Of a stretch of 64,000 bases of DNA, positions 1-9,337 are shown in pieces. Position 1 is the stretch's first letter. Each line of letters starts with the position of its first letter. The position numbers and the translations under genes were made by a program. The stretch spans positions 12,667 through 76,666 of the forward strand of contig SVQY01000003.1 of the NCBI GenBank assembly GCA_015065135.1. The letters run 5' to 3'. This stretch comes from Oscillospiraceae bacterium. GTDB taxonomy: Bacteria; Bacillota; Clostridia; Oscillospirales; CAG-272. A model generated the notes under the pieces. That model saw only the letters and a list, made by a program, of their open reading frames with translations. It did no database searches and was not told the DNA's origin.

Positions 1-314
1 GGCTGGAATATCTATATGATGAACACAGATCGCTTTTTGCCGGTTTTTCCGCGGCGCCGATGGCAGAGGGGGTCGATGCCGCTTATTGCGAGCGCTTTTT
101 GGCATATCTGATCTATCGACACGCAAGCGGAGCGCATAACGGGCAGGAATTCCGCCTTGCAGTAGGCAGCGCGCTGCTGTTAGAGCGTTTTTTTCGCACG
201 TTATGGTTGTCGAATGGTCTTACGGCCGCGGAAAGCGCGCGGATCGTTTCTGAGGAGATGGAATATTCTGAGGAGAATATTGCGGTGCTGCGCCATGCGT
301 TGCTTTGTCGATAA
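1..314 (+). CDS. hypothetical protein, C-terminal fragment (gene starts upstream of window)
   Basis: The frame of the 60..314 ORF stays open back to nt 3. No recognisable motif. Confidence 0.35.
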   Translation, partial: LEYLYDEHRSLFAGFSAAPMAEGVDAAYCERFLAYLIYRHASGAHNGQEFRLAVGSALLLERFFRTLWLSNGLTAAESARIVSEEMEYSEENIAVLRHALLCR

Positions 315-377
315 AGAAATAAAACACGACACGTTTCGGCACTTTTTGAAAAAAGTAAAGCTTTTTTCAAAAAGCTA

Positions 378-406
378 TTGCCTTGCTTTTTCGGATGTTG
401 TATAAT
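378..406 (+). promoter_or_regulatory. sigma-A-like promoter for the phosphodiesterase gene
   Basis: TTGCCT (378-383), 17-nt spacer, TATAAT (401-406), about 30 nt upstream of the ATG at 436. Confidence 0.5.
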
Positions 407-435
407 ACACATGAAAAATTTCGTGAGGTGAGAGC

Positions 436-1236
436 ATGAGAACGAACAATCCTTATATGAATAGCGGTAAGATCCTGTTTGGCGCCCATCGCGGTGACCG
501 CTTGCACTATCCCGAAAACACGATGCCCGCCTTTCGCGGTGCATTGGCAGTCGGCTGCGATGCCATTGAGACCGATGTGCGCACCACCAAGGATGGGCAC
601 CTGGTCTTGATCCACGACAGAGATGTGGTGCGCACCACCAACGGCAGCGGCTTTGTGGATCAGATGACCCTGGAGGAGATCCGCGCGTTGGATGCAGGCG
701 GCTGGAAGGACCCCTCCTTTGCCGGTGAAAAGATCCCCACGGTGGTGGAATTCCTGGATTTTATCAGTCAGACCGATCTGCTGATCAACTGGGAGCTGAA
801 GGAATACCCCAATGAGCTGGGCGAGGCGCAGGCATACGGCTGCGTGGATAAGCTGGTAGAGCTGATCGACCGTTACGGCCTTGCCGAGCGCAGCATGATG
901 AATTCCTTTTCTCAGAAGGTGCTGGAGTATGTGGACAAAAAATGGCCGGGTAAATTTATGATCCACGGCTATATCGGCTACACCAAAAAGGATGTTTCCG
1001 AGCGCCCTCTGGAAAGCTTTCTGGATTGGACTGCCATTTGGCGCAAGGACGCCGATCACGTCGCCGGCTTTGCCGAGGATTATGCTTACGCGGATGCGCG
1101 AGAGATCCTGACCTGCATTCTGGTGCCGGATACCGAGGAACAGTATAAAAAGGCGCTTGATATGGGCTGTCGTATGTTCACCAGTGATGATCCCACCACC
1201 GGTGTGGAAGTGCTGAAAAAGCTGGGCAAAAGATAA
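436..1236 (+). CDS. glycerophosphodiester phosphodiesterase family protein (GDPD)
   Basis: N-terminal GAHRGD..YPENT..AF..A...G.D.IETDV..TKDG..V.IHD motif, typical of the GlpQ/UgpQ GDPD fold. 266 aa. Confidence 0.85.
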   Translation: MRTNNPYMNSGKILFGAHRGDRLHYPENTMPAFRGALAVGCDAIETDVRTTKDGHLVLIHDRDVVRTTNGSGFVDQMTLEEIRALDAGGWKDPSFAGEKIPTVVEFLDFISQTDLLINWELKEYPNELGEAQAYGCVDKLVELIDRYGLAERSMMNSFSQKVLEYVDKKWPGKFMIHGYIGYTKKDVSERPLESFLDWTAIWRKDADHVAGFAEDYAYADAREILTCILVPDTEEQYKKALDMGCRMFTSDDPTTGVEVLKKLGKR

Positions 1237-1269
1237 AAAAAGACCTGCCGGAGGGCAGGTCTTTTTTTA
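1235..1269. terminator. bidirectional intrinsic terminator (GDPD gene / glnA)
   Basis: Hairpin AGACCTGCC-ggag-GGCAGGTCT flanked by an A-run and a T-run, between convergent genes. Confidence 0.8.
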
Positions 1270-2697
1270 TTACAGATTGTAGTACTTGTCAAATTCGGCG
1301 GGGTGCGGGATCTTGGACATCTCGCTGCACTCGGCGCGCTTTTGCTTGATGAAGTTCTTCAACAGCTCCTCGGGGAATACGCCGCCGACGGTCAGGTAGT
1401 CGTGATCCGCCTCCAGCGCATCCAGTGCCTCGGGGAGAGACGTGGGCAGGCCCTGCAGCTTGGCCTTCTCCTCTTCGGGCAGATGGAAGAGGTTGAAATC
1501 GTAGGGACCCCAGCCTTCAGCGTGAGGATCGATCTTGTTCTTGATACCGTCCAGACCGGCCATCAGAATGGCGGCGTAGCAGAAATAAGGGTTGCAGGTG
1601 GCATCGGGGTTGCGCAGCTCAAAGCGGCGCTTGTCGGGGGATTTTGCGTATGCGGGGATACGGATGACCGCAGAGCGGTTGGAGGTGGCGTAGCCAACGG
1701 TCACGGGCGCCTCAAAGCCGGGCACCAGACGCTTGAAGGAGTTGGTGCTGGGGTTGGTGAGGGCGCAGAGAGAGGCGATGTGCTTCAGCAGACCGCCCAT
1801 GAAGTAATGAGCCTCCTTGGAAAGGTGAGCGTAATCGTCATCACCGCCGGCAAACACGGGCTTACCGTCCTTGAAGAGCAGCATATGCACGTGCATACCG
1901 CTGCCTGCCTCACCGTAGATGGGCTTGGGCATAAAGGTGGCAGACTTGCCGTACTTCAGCGCGGTGTTGTGGATGATATACTTGATCATCATGGTGGCAT
2001 CGGCCATATGGACGACCTCGCCCAGCTGAGGCTCGATCTCGAACTGACCGGAGGCTGCAACCTCGGGGTGATGGTAGTTGATCTCAATGCCCATCTCCTT
2101 CATCAGCATGCACATCTCGGAGCGGCATTCGTAGGAAATATCAAAGGGCTTGGCGATGTGATAGTTCTTCTGCTTGGGCACGACCACGCCCTTGCCCTCA
2201 ACGGCACTGTTCCAGTAGGACTGCTGCGCATCCACGGTTGCGCTGACCTCGCGGCCGCTGACCTCCCAGGCTACGTCGTCAAAGAGGTAGAACTCAAACT
2301 CGGGCAGGATCTTCATGGTGTCGGCCACGCCGCTATCCTTCATATACTGAACGGCGGCACGGATGATGTTGCGGGGGTACTGAGGCAGAGGACGGTTTTC
2401 GGGATAGTCGATGATCATGGCGTTACCGCTCATGGACAGGGTGGGGATAGAGCAGAAGGGATCGATCACGGCCGTGTCGGGATCGGGGATAAAGACCATA
2501 TCGCTCTTTTCCACGACCGCGTAGCCGTAGTTGGAGGCATCAAAGCCGATGCCGCTCTTCAGCGTATCCTCAGAGAAATTCTCTGCGGGGATGGTGACGT
2601 GGCGGTACTGACCGTTGATATCGACCATCTTGAAATCCACCATTTTGATGTTGTTTTCCTCAATAAGCTTCAGGATATCCTTTACACTCTTAGCCAT
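1270..2697 (-). CDS. glnA: glutamine synthetase (type I family)
   Basis: MAKSVKDILKLIEENNIKMVDFKMVDINGQYRHVTIP... and conserved GS catalytic-domain blocks (GSGMHVHM, NPSTNSFKRLVPGFEAP). Start chosen at ATG 2697 behind GGAAAGAGG; the upstream part of the 544-aa ORF is non-coding leader. Confidence 0.9.
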   Translation of the reverse strand: MAKSVKDILKLIEENNIKMVDFKMVDINGQYRHVTIPAENFSEDTLKSGIGFDASNYGYAVVEKSDMVFIPDPDTAVIDPFCSIPTLSMSGNAMIIDYPENRPLPQYPRNIIRAAVQYMKDSGVADTMKILPEFEFYLFDDVAWEVSGREVSATVDAQQSYWNSAVEGKGVVVPKQKNYHIAKPFDISYECRSEMCMLMKEMGIEINYHHPEVAASGQFEIEPQLGEVVHMADATMMIKYIIHNTALKYGKSATFMPKPIYGEAGSGMHVHMLLFKDGKPVFAGGDDDYAHLSKEAHYFMGGLLKHIASLCALTNPSTNSFKRLVPGFEAPVTVGYATSNRSAVIRIPAYAKSPDKRRFELRNPDATCNPYFCYAAILMAGLDGIKNKIDPHAEGWGPYDFNLFHLPEEEKAKLQGLPTSLPEALDALEADHDYLTVGGVFPEELLKNFIKQKRAECSEMSKIPHPAEFDKYYNL

Positions 2698-2773
2698 AAA
2701 AATACCTCTTTCCTGTATTTTTTGTTTCGTTTTTTGTGCCGGGCTTGATCCTCGGCTTGATCTACCAAATTTT

Positions 2774-2802
2774 ATTGTACCATATTTTGACGAAAAAATC
2801 AA
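2774..2802 (-). promoter_or_regulatory. putative glnA promoter
   Basis: On the minus strand: TTGATT, 17 nt, TACAAT with TGg extended -10 (tggTACAAT), about 75 nt upstream of the glnA ATG. Confidence 0.5.
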
Positions 2803-2845
2803 TCGTCTGCCAAAAAAATATGAAAGCAAGATCCGACTCCGCCGG

Positions 2846-2945
2846 TTGACAAAAAATACGATTTGTGATAGGATGGCGGTAGGGAAGCACGCGAGTGCCG
2901 ACACGATCAGAGAAACGCAAAAAACAGTACCGTTTGCGTTTTTTG
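2846..2945 (+). promoter_or_regulatory. promoter plus short terminated leader upstream of the beta-helix gene
   Basis: TTGACA (2846-2851), 17 nt, TAGGAT (2869-2874). Then hairpin ACGCAAA-11 nt-TTTGCGT followed by TTTTT (2915-2944), directly before the RBS of the 2987 CDS. Confidence 0.4.
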
Positions 2946-2986
2946 CGCATTTTTAATACCAAATGCAGAAAAAGGGAGGATCTGTT

Positions 2987-3988
2987 ATGCAGGAAATGAG
3001 CGTGTTGCAGGATTGCTTTGTGGCGAATATCCCGGGCAAGGATATGACCGCCGCCATTGAGGAAAAGCTGAATACCTACGGCGCCTGCTGCCTTGGCAGC
3101 GGCACCTATCTGGTCAGCGGTGTGAGGATGCCGCCGAATGCCACACTTTCGGGTCTGGGCAGATGCACCCGACTGCTGTTGGATCCTGCGCTGGAGGCAG
3201 GCTCTACCGTGAGCATGGATGCCTTTTGCTGCGTGAAGGATCTGTTTCTTTGCGGTGCGGAGCAAAAGATCGAGCTGCCCGAGGAGCCGGGCGCACGCCA
3301 CGGCATCCTTTATCGGGGCACGGCTACCACCAAGGACTGGATGGGGGAGGGCTTAAAGCTCAATGCCATCATTTCCGGCTGCTGGATCAGCGGCTATAAC
3401 GGCGGTGGCATCACCTGCGTGGATACCGGCTACTATATCCGCGCCTCCCTGACCGCCACCAATTGCCACATCTTCAACTGTGGCACGGGCCTGAACATTT
3501 CGCACTTCAGCGAATACCACGCCTTCACCAATATCCAATGCTGCGAGAACGGCTACGGCTGCATCAACAACGGCGGCAACAACAAGTTCGTCAACTGCGC
3601 CTTTGACGGCAACCGCCTGGGCTTTATGATCGACAACCTGCGGATCAAGTCCCCCAATCATTCCCACGGCTCGGTGGTGGGCTGCAGCTTCAATCACACC
3701 GATAATAACAAGGGCATCGGCATTCTGCTGCTGGGTGCCACCAACGGCTATATCTTTTCCGGCTGCCAGATGTTCTACTCCAGGATCGTGATCGAGGCAT
3801 CCGCCGCCATTGCCTTCAATGCGATCAACTTCGGACGCCTGATGGATATTGAGATAAAGGGCGACGAGCTGATCGCCTTCTCGGATTGTGTGTTTGGAGG
3901 CGTACCTGCGCGCATTGCCGTCAGCAATCCTGCGGCGGTCAAATTCAGCGGCTGCTATACCCGTCACGGCAAAGAGATCAGAATATAA
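2987..3988 (+). CDS. right-handed parallel beta-helix repeat protein (pectate-lyase/GH28-like fold)
   Basis: Periodic beta-helix repeats (NCHIFNCGTGLNISH, NIQCCENGYGCINNGGNNKFVNCAFDGN, VVGCSFNH). Start at ATG 2987, 7 nt after AGGGAGGA. Confidence 0.6.
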   Translation: MQEMSVLQDCFVANIPGKDMTAAIEEKLNTYGACCLGSGTYLVSGVRMPPNATLSGLGRCTRLLLDPALEAGSTVSMDAFCCVKDLFLCGAEQKIELPEEPGARHGILYRGTATTKDWMGEGLKLNAIISGCWISGYNGGGITCVDTGYYIRASLTATNCHIFNCGTGLNISHFSEYHAFTNIQCCENGYGCINNGGNNKFVNCAFDGNRLGFMIDNLRIKSPNHSHGSVVGCSFNHTDNNKGIGILLLGATNGYIFSGCQMFYSRIVIEASAAIAFNAINFGRLMDIEIKGDELIAFSDCVFGGVPARIAVSNPAAVKFSGCYTRHGKEIRI

Positions 3989-3989
3989 A

Positions 3990-4033
3990 AATGCACCCGT
4001 GTAGCGAATTCCGCTGCACGGGTGCCGTTTTTT
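3990..4033. terminator. bidirectional intrinsic terminator
   Basis: GCACCCGTG...CACGGGTGC hairpin with a T-run after and an A-run before, between convergent genes. Confidence 0.7.
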
Positions 4034-4872
4034 CAGTACTTTTTGCTCTGTAATGCGATCTCGGTGTTGTAGATCGCCTGGCGAGAGGCTTTGTCGGCGT
4101 TCAGCACGATATAGGTGTAGATGCTATCCAAAATGGCAAGCTGGGCAATGCGGGAGCTCATGGCGAGGATGGAGTGCTTGGTCTCATCGGACTTGGTGAA
4201 AAGGGCAATGTCGGAGGCATCCACGATGGGGGAGCTGCCGTGATTTGTAATGCAGACGGTGGTGGCACCGCAGATCTTGCAAAGGCGCAGCGCATCCACG
4301 ATATCCTTGGAGGAGCCGGAGTGAGAGATGCCGATGGCCACGCTGCCACGTCGCAGATGGGAGGCGACAATGGCCTGCAGGTGGTTGTCACAGCAGCTTT
4401 GCGCCGAGAGTCCCAGCCGCAGGAATTTGTGCGCCGCATCCTGCGCGATGGCGGCAGAGTTGCCAAGCCCGAAGATAACGATGCGATCCGCTCGCATTAC
4501 CGCTTGCGCCACCTTATTCAAAGCATCGGGATCCAGCACTGTTTCGGTGTTTTTGAGGGAGTCGTAGATGTCGTTGATCCGCTTTTGAAAGATCTCATAG
4601 CAGCCGTCCTCGCGGTTGATCTCACCGCCGATGGAGGAGGCAGCGTTCAGCTCGGCGGCAATGCGCAGCTTCAGCTCCTGATAGCCCTCCAGCCCGAGAC
4701 GTCTGGAGAAGCGGACCACGGTGGCGTTACCGCAGTCGCAATGGGCGGCAAACTCCGAGATGGAAAGGCTGATGATCTCACCGGTGTGATCCAGCAGATA
4801 ATTGGCGATCTTTTTCTCGGCGGGGCCCATCAGGTCAAAGGAAAAGCGGATCTTATGCAGAATGGATTCCAT
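4033..4872 (-). CDS. MurR/RpiR family transcriptional regulator (HTH + SIS domain)
   Basis: N-terminal HTH_6-type motif (EKKIANYLLDH...SISEFAAHCDCGNATVVRFSRRLGLEGYQELK). C-terminal SIS sugar-phosphate binding domain (IVIFGLGNSAAIAQDA...ISHSGSSKD). Confidence 0.85.
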   Translation of the reverse strand: MESILHKIRFSFDLMGPAEKKIANYLLDHTGEIISLSISEFAAHCDCGNATVVRFSRRLGLEGYQELKLRIAAELNAASSIGGEINREDGCYEIFQKRINDIYDSLKNTETVLDPDALNKVAQAVMRADRIVIFGLGNSAAIAQDAAHKFLRLGLSAQSCCDNHLQAIVASHLRRGSVAIGISHSGSSKDIVDALRLCKICGATTVCITNHGSSPIVDASDIALFTKSDETKHSILAMSSRIAQLAILDSIYTYIVLNADKASRQAIYNTEIALQSKKY

Positions 4873-5026
4873 TTTACACCTCTTGATGGAAATTATTTTC
4901 GTTTATTGTAGCATTTTTCAAAAAAAATGTCAATAAGTCGAAAAATATTTTCGCTGTTGGTTGCGCGCGACAAAATAATATGTTACAATCGTCTTGTAAA
5001 AACAAAACGCAAAAGGAGAAATTCGT

Positions 5027-6463
5027 ATGCAGATCAAAATGAATGAATTTTTGTTTTCCATGATCCTGACCGAGCTGGAGGATGCTGTGGGTGTGGAAAA
5101 CTGCTCGGTCCGCCAGATCGACAAGGTCACGCACAGCGTGGATTATTACTGGCTTTCCCGTATGTGGGCGGATCGCGGCTGCCGCATGCCCGAGGCGGAC
5201 TTTATCGTTTGCCCCAAGGATGCCACCGAGGTCTCCAAGGTGGTCAAGATCGCCAACTACTACAAGCTGCCCGTTACCACCTGGGGTGCCGGCGGCGGCA
5301 CGCAGGGCGGAGCCATCCCCGTGTGCGGCGGCATTCTGCTGGATACTAAGCGGATGAACAAGATCTATGAGGTCAACACCGACGGTATGTACATCGAGTG
5401 CGGCACCGGTGCCATCTATAAGCACATCGAATGGGCGGCCAACGAGGTGGGCAAGGCGACCATGCACTATCCCTCCTCCCTGACCTGCTCCACCGTGGGC
5501 GGGTTCCTGGCTCATCGCGGCATCGGCGTTTGCTCCACCAAGTACGGAAAGATCGACGACATGGTGCTGCAGATGGAGGTGGTGCTGCCCAACGGTGACA
5601 TCATCACCACCAGCCCCGCGCCTAAGCACGCCGCAGGCCCCGATCTGAATCAGATCTTCATCGGCTCCGAGGGCACTCTCGGCATCATCACCAAGGCGCA
5701 GATGCGCATTTACGATCAGCCCGAGGAGCGCCGCTTCCGCGGCTTCCTGTTCCAGGATATGCACGGAGCCTTCCAGGCCTCCCGCGAGCTGCTGCAGAAG
5801 TTCAAGCCCTCTGTTATGCGCCTGTATGACGAGGCGGAGACCGCCTCGCTGATCAAGAAGATCGTGGGCGTACAGCGCAAGGGCGCCTTTATGAACGTGG
5901 CCATCGAGGGCTGCAAGGAGCTTGTCGCCGTGGAGGAGAAGATCCTGCTGGACACCTTTGCCAAGTACGGTGCGGAGGATCTGGGCAGCGAGTACGGCGA
6001 AAAGTGGTGGAAGGAGAAGATCACCTTCTTCTATCCCGGTCATATGATGGATATCCCCCAGATGTTCGGCACGATGGATACTATCGCGCCCTATAATAAG
6101 ATCGAGGAGATCTATTGGGCGATGAAGAATGCGGTGGAGAGCAATTTCCCCCAGGCCAAGTTCATCGCGCATTTCTCCCACTGGTACGAGTGGGGCGCCA
6201 TGCTCTACGATCGCTTCATCATTGAGGGCAAGGACGTGCCTCAGAATCCCGTGGAGGCGCTCCGTCTCCATCAGGCGGTCTGGACCTGCGGCGTGCGCGC
6301 CGCACTGGCACACGGCGGTGTGGTCAACGATCACCACGGCGTGGGCATCAAGCTGGGCAGACTGATGAAGGAGCAGTACGGTCCTGCTATGCAGGTGTTT
6401 GAGGGGCTCAAAAAGCAACTGGACCCCAACGGCATTATGAATCCCTTTAAGCTGGGACTTTGA
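5027..6463 (+). CDS. FAD-binding oxidoreductase (GlcD / FAD-linked oxidase family)
   Basis: PCMH-type FAD-binding domain (VVKIANYYKLPVTTWGAGGGTQGGAIP) and C-terminal FAD-oxidase domain ending DPNGIMNPFKLGL. 478 aa. Confidence 0.8.
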   Translation: MQIKMNEFLFSMILTELEDAVGVENCSVRQIDKVTHSVDYYWLSRMWADRGCRMPEADFIVCPKDATEVSKVVKIANYYKLPVTTWGAGGGTQGGAIPVCGGILLDTKRMNKIYEVNTDGMYIECGTGAIYKHIEWAANEVGKATMHYPSSLTCSTVGGFLAHRGIGVCSTKYGKIDDMVLQMEVVLPNGDIITTSPAPKHAAGPDLNQIFIGSEGTLGIITKAQMRIYDQPEERRFRGFLFQDMHGAFQASRELLQKFKPSVMRLYDEAETASLIKKIVGVQRKGAFMNVAIEGCKELVAVEEKILLDTFAKYGAEDLGSEYGEKWWKEKITFFYPGHMMDIPQMFGTMDTIAPYNKIEEIYWAMKNAVESNFPQAKFIAHFSHWYEWGAMLYDRFIIEGKDVPQNPVEALRLHQAVWTCGVRAALAHGGVVNDHHGVGIKLGRLMKEQYGPAMQVFEGLKKQLDPNGIMNPFKLGL

Positions 6464-6480
6464 TCGGGAGGTAGCAAGCA

Positions 6481-7566
6481 ATGATGATTTCTGAAAAAGC
6501 CAAGCAGCACGTGGACTCCTGCCGTTTTTGCTGGATGTGCCACCATATTTGTCCCATCGGTAACGCCACCGGTCACGAGAGAAGCACCCCTCGCGCACGC
6601 GCTTTGGGCATTTCGCTGGTCAATCGCGGTGCCATCGAGCTCTGCGAGATCATGGATAATATTTACGAGTGCGCCGGCTGCGGCGCCTGCGTGCACGACT
6701 GCACCACCGGCTGGGATCCCGTTATGTTCACGGGTGAGGTGAGACTGCAGGCGGCGCTGGAGGATGAGCTGCCCGTGTATATCAATAAGATGGTAGACAA
6801 CTGTCTGGACACCGGCAATGCCTATGGCAAGACTGCTATGTGTGAGACCCTGACCGCTGCCATTGCCGCCCACAGCGCCCCCACCGATACGCTGCTGTAT
6901 CTGGGTGTGGATGCCCGCTACATGGCGTGCAAGCAGGCGCTGAAGGCGATCCGCGTGCTGGAAAAGGCAGGTGTCGCCTTTACCGTGCTGGCGGATGAGC
7001 CCGCCTCCGGTGCGCAGCTGGAGTTTCTGATCGGTGCTGCCGAGGAGACCAAGGAGCAGATGGCCGCCGCCGCTAAGGCGATGGATGCCTACAAGACGGT
7101 GGTGATCTACGATCCTGCCGACAGCAAGGTCATCAAGCAGACCTACAAGGAGTACGGCGTGGCACTTGCCGCCAAGCCCGTGACCTATACCGCGTATCTC
7201 GCGGAGCTTGTAAAGAACGGTGCCCTGCAGGCAGAAAAGAAGAATAAGACCGTAGTTTATCAGGATCCCTTCCAGCTCGCCCGCGATCTGGAGGAGACCG
7301 AGGAGGCCAGAGCGGTGATCGCCGCCTTTGCCGAGCTGCACGAGCTGCATCTGAACCGCGCCGAGACGGTCTGGGCAGGCAACATCCTGATGGCGCAGTA
7401 TTTGCCCGACGTGATGAAGAAGGTGGCGGAGCGCCGCATCTTCAATGCCACCAGCATCGGGGAAAAGGCCATCGTGACCGCTTCTGTTTCCGAGTACGTC
7501 TCCTTGAAGGCGGTGGAGCAGAGCGAGGTGGAGATCCTGTCTCTGGAAGATCTCATTCTGGATTAA
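6481..7566 (+). CDS. (Fe-S)-binding protein, GlcF/HdrD-like partner of the flavoenzyme
   Basis: Two ferredoxin-type Cys clusters (CRFCWMCHHICP; CAGCGACVHDC) followed by a CCG-like domain. Sits immediately downstream of the GlcD-like gene. Confidence 0.7.
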   Translation: MMISEKAKQHVDSCRFCWMCHHICPIGNATGHERSTPRARALGISLVNRGAIELCEIMDNIYECAGCGACVHDCTTGWDPVMFTGEVRLQAALEDELPVYINKMVDNCLDTGNAYGKTAMCETLTAAIAAHSAPTDTLLYLGVDARYMACKQALKAIRVLEKAGVAFTVLADEPASGAQLEFLIGAAEETKEQMAAAAKAMDAYKTVVIYDPADSKVIKQTYKEYGVALAAKPVTYTAYLAELVKNGALQAEKKNKTVVYQDPFQLARDLEETEEARAVIAAFAELHELHLNRAETVWAGNILMAQYLPDVMKKVAERRIFNATSIGEKAIVTASVSEYVSLKAVEQSEVEILSLEDLILD

Positions 7567-7581
7567 AGGGGGAGAAAAACG

Positions 7582-8424
7582 ATGTTGGTCAATTTGCAAA
7601 CGATCATTGGTATGGCAGAGGAGGGAAATTACTGTATTCCTGCCTTTAACGTATACAACACCGAAACGGTCATGGGCATCGTGGAGGCAGCCGAGCAGGA
7701 GAAGGCGCCCGTGATCATCCAGATCTACCCCAGACTTCTCAATGAGGAGGTGGGATTTTACATCTGCCCCGCCGTGGTGGCTGCCGCGCAGCGCGCCTCG
7801 GTGCCGATCTGCTTCCATCTGGATCACGGCCCCTCCGAGTGGGAGGTGACCCGTGCGCTCCGCTGGGGCTGCACCGGCATTATGCTGGATGGCTCTGTGC
7901 ATGATTTTGAAAAGAACGTGGAGATGACAAAGCACGTGGTCGAGACCTGTAAGGCCATCGGCATCGGCGTGGAGGGCGAGATCGGTCACGTGGGCAGCGT
8001 CAACGACGATGCCATGGATGAGTTCACCTCCCCCGAGGAGGCGGCCGCCTTTGTGCAGCAGACCGGCGTGACCTGTCTTGCGGTGCTGGTGGGCAACGCT
8101 CACGGGCATTACAAGAAGCCCCCCAAGCTGGATATCGCGCGCATCAAGGCGATCCGCGAGGCTACCGGCGGCATTCCGCTGGTGCTGCACGGCGGCTCCG
8201 GCATCCCCGATGAGCAGGTCAAGGCAGCCATCGCCGCAGGTATCCGCAAGATGAACATCGGCACCGATGTGTGCTGTGCCTTTGCAGAGGGCACCAAGGA
8301 GACCCTGGAGGATCCCAACCGCAGCATCGCCGTGGATGTATTTATGAAAAAGGCTATTGCCCGCGTGAAGGCGCTGGCGGTGGAGAAGATCGCATTGACC
8401 GGCGCTGCCGGAAGGGCGGAGTGA
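7582..8424 (+). CDS. class II ketose-bisphosphate aldolase family protein (IolJ/FBA/tagatose-bisphosphate aldolase-like)
   Basis: PAFNVYN, VIIQ, HLDHG, VEGEIGHVG, HG.SG motifs of class II aldolases. 280 aa. Confidence 0.85.
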   Translation: MLVNLQTIIGMAEEGNYCIPAFNVYNTETVMGIVEAAEQEKAPVIIQIYPRLLNEEVGFYICPAVVAAAQRASVPICFHLDHGPSEWEVTRALRWGCTGIMLDGSVHDFEKNVEMTKHVVETCKAIGIGVEGEIGHVGSVNDDAMDEFTSPEEAAAFVQQTGVTCLAVLVGNAHGHYKKPPKLDIARIKAIREATGGIPLVLHGGSGIPDEQVKAAIAAGIRKMNIGTDVCCAFAEGTKETLEDPNRSIAVDVFMKKAIARVKALAVEKIALTGAAGRAE

Positions 8425-8425
8425 T

Positions 8426-9337
8426 ATGGGGCGCATCGTTGGCATTGGTGCCTGCGTGATGGATACCCTGATGCAGGTGCCCCGCTATCCTGCGGAGGAT
8501 ACCAAGATGCGGGCACTCTCCTGCCGTCAGGCAGGGGGCGGCCCTGCGGCAACGGGGCTTGTCGCTGCCGCCAAGCTGGGTGAGGACACCGCCTTTATCG
8601 GTGTACTTTCGGAAGACGGGGCAGGGGATTTTCTCTGCCGTGATTTTGAAAAATATGGGGTCGCCACCGACCTCATTGACCGCAAAAACGGATACCGTTC
8701 CTTTACTTCTGTGATCTGGCTGGGGCAGGAGAGCGCCAGCCGCACCTGCGTGTTCGACAAGGGAGATCTGCCCGCGCTTCGGCTGGACGATGCCAAGCGC
8801 CGTGCCATCGCCGAGGCGGATATTCTGATGGTGGACGGCAACGAGCTGGACGCGGCGGTGGAGGCCGCCGCCGTGGCAAGAGAGAGCGGCACCCGCGTGC
8901 TGTACGACTGCGGAGGTCTTTACCCGAACGTGGAGCGGCTGTTGGCGCTGACCGACATCATGATCCCCTCCGAGGAGTTTGCCATGGGCCACACCGGGTG
9001 TGACAGCGCCGAGGCTGCGGCAAAAAAGCTTTACGAGACCTATCACCCCACCGTGGTGGTGGTCACGCAGGGCAAGCGCGGCGGACTTCTGTACGACGGC
9101 GAAAAAACGGTCACTTATCCCATTTACCCCGCCAACGTGGTGGATTCCAACGGCTCGGGCGACGTGTTCCACGGTGCCTTTGCCGCAGGACTTTGCAAGG
9201 GCTACGACTTTGAAAAATGCTGCCACTTTGCCAGCGCGGTTTCCGCCATCAAATGCACCGGCGTGGGCGCCAGAGAAAGCGTACCGGATTTTGAAACGGT
9301 GAAAAATTATATGAAGGAGAATGGCTATGAGCTATAA
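8426..9337 (+). CDS. PfkB-family carbohydrate kinase (ribokinase superfamily; IolC-like position)
   Basis: C-terminal DSNGSGDVFHGAFAAG ATP-binding signature and GG dipeptide region near the N-terminus. 303 aa. Confidence 0.8.
   Translation: MGRIVGIGACVMDTLMQVPRYPAEDTKMRALSCRQAGGGPAATGLVAAAKLGEDTAFIGVLSEDGAGDFLCRDFEKYGVATDLIDRKNGYRSFTSVIWLGQESASRTCVFDKGDLPALRLDDAKRRAIAEADILMVDGNELDAAVEAAAVARESGTRVLYDCGGLYPNVERLLALTDIMIPSEEFAMGHTGCDSAEAAAKKLYETYHPTVVVVTQGKRGGLLYDGEKTVTYPIYPANVVDSNGSGDVFHGAFAAGLCKGYDFEKCCHFASAVSAIKCTGVGARESVPDFETVKNYMKENGYEL

Noticed and set aside
1303-2748. 481-aa plus-strand ORF antisense to glnA
   Set aside because: The opposite strand encodes an unmistakable glutamine synthetase, and this ORF has no motifs and a biased composition. 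The same reasoning applies to other long antisense ORFs: 4874..6598(-), 6331..8445(-), 10073..12232(-), 12250..13527(-), 13635..14972(-), 22920..24479(-), 26323..27483(-), 43141..44787(-), 44814..46283(-), 52017..53408(-), 55599..57143(+), 58001..59941(+), 60937..62217(+).
2698-2845. Glutamine riboswitch, T-box or GlnR operator in the glnA leader
   Set aside because: I found only a plausible promoter. There is no glnA-RNA motif core, no T-box sequence, and no clear TGTNA-N7-TNACA GlnR/TnrA palindrome.
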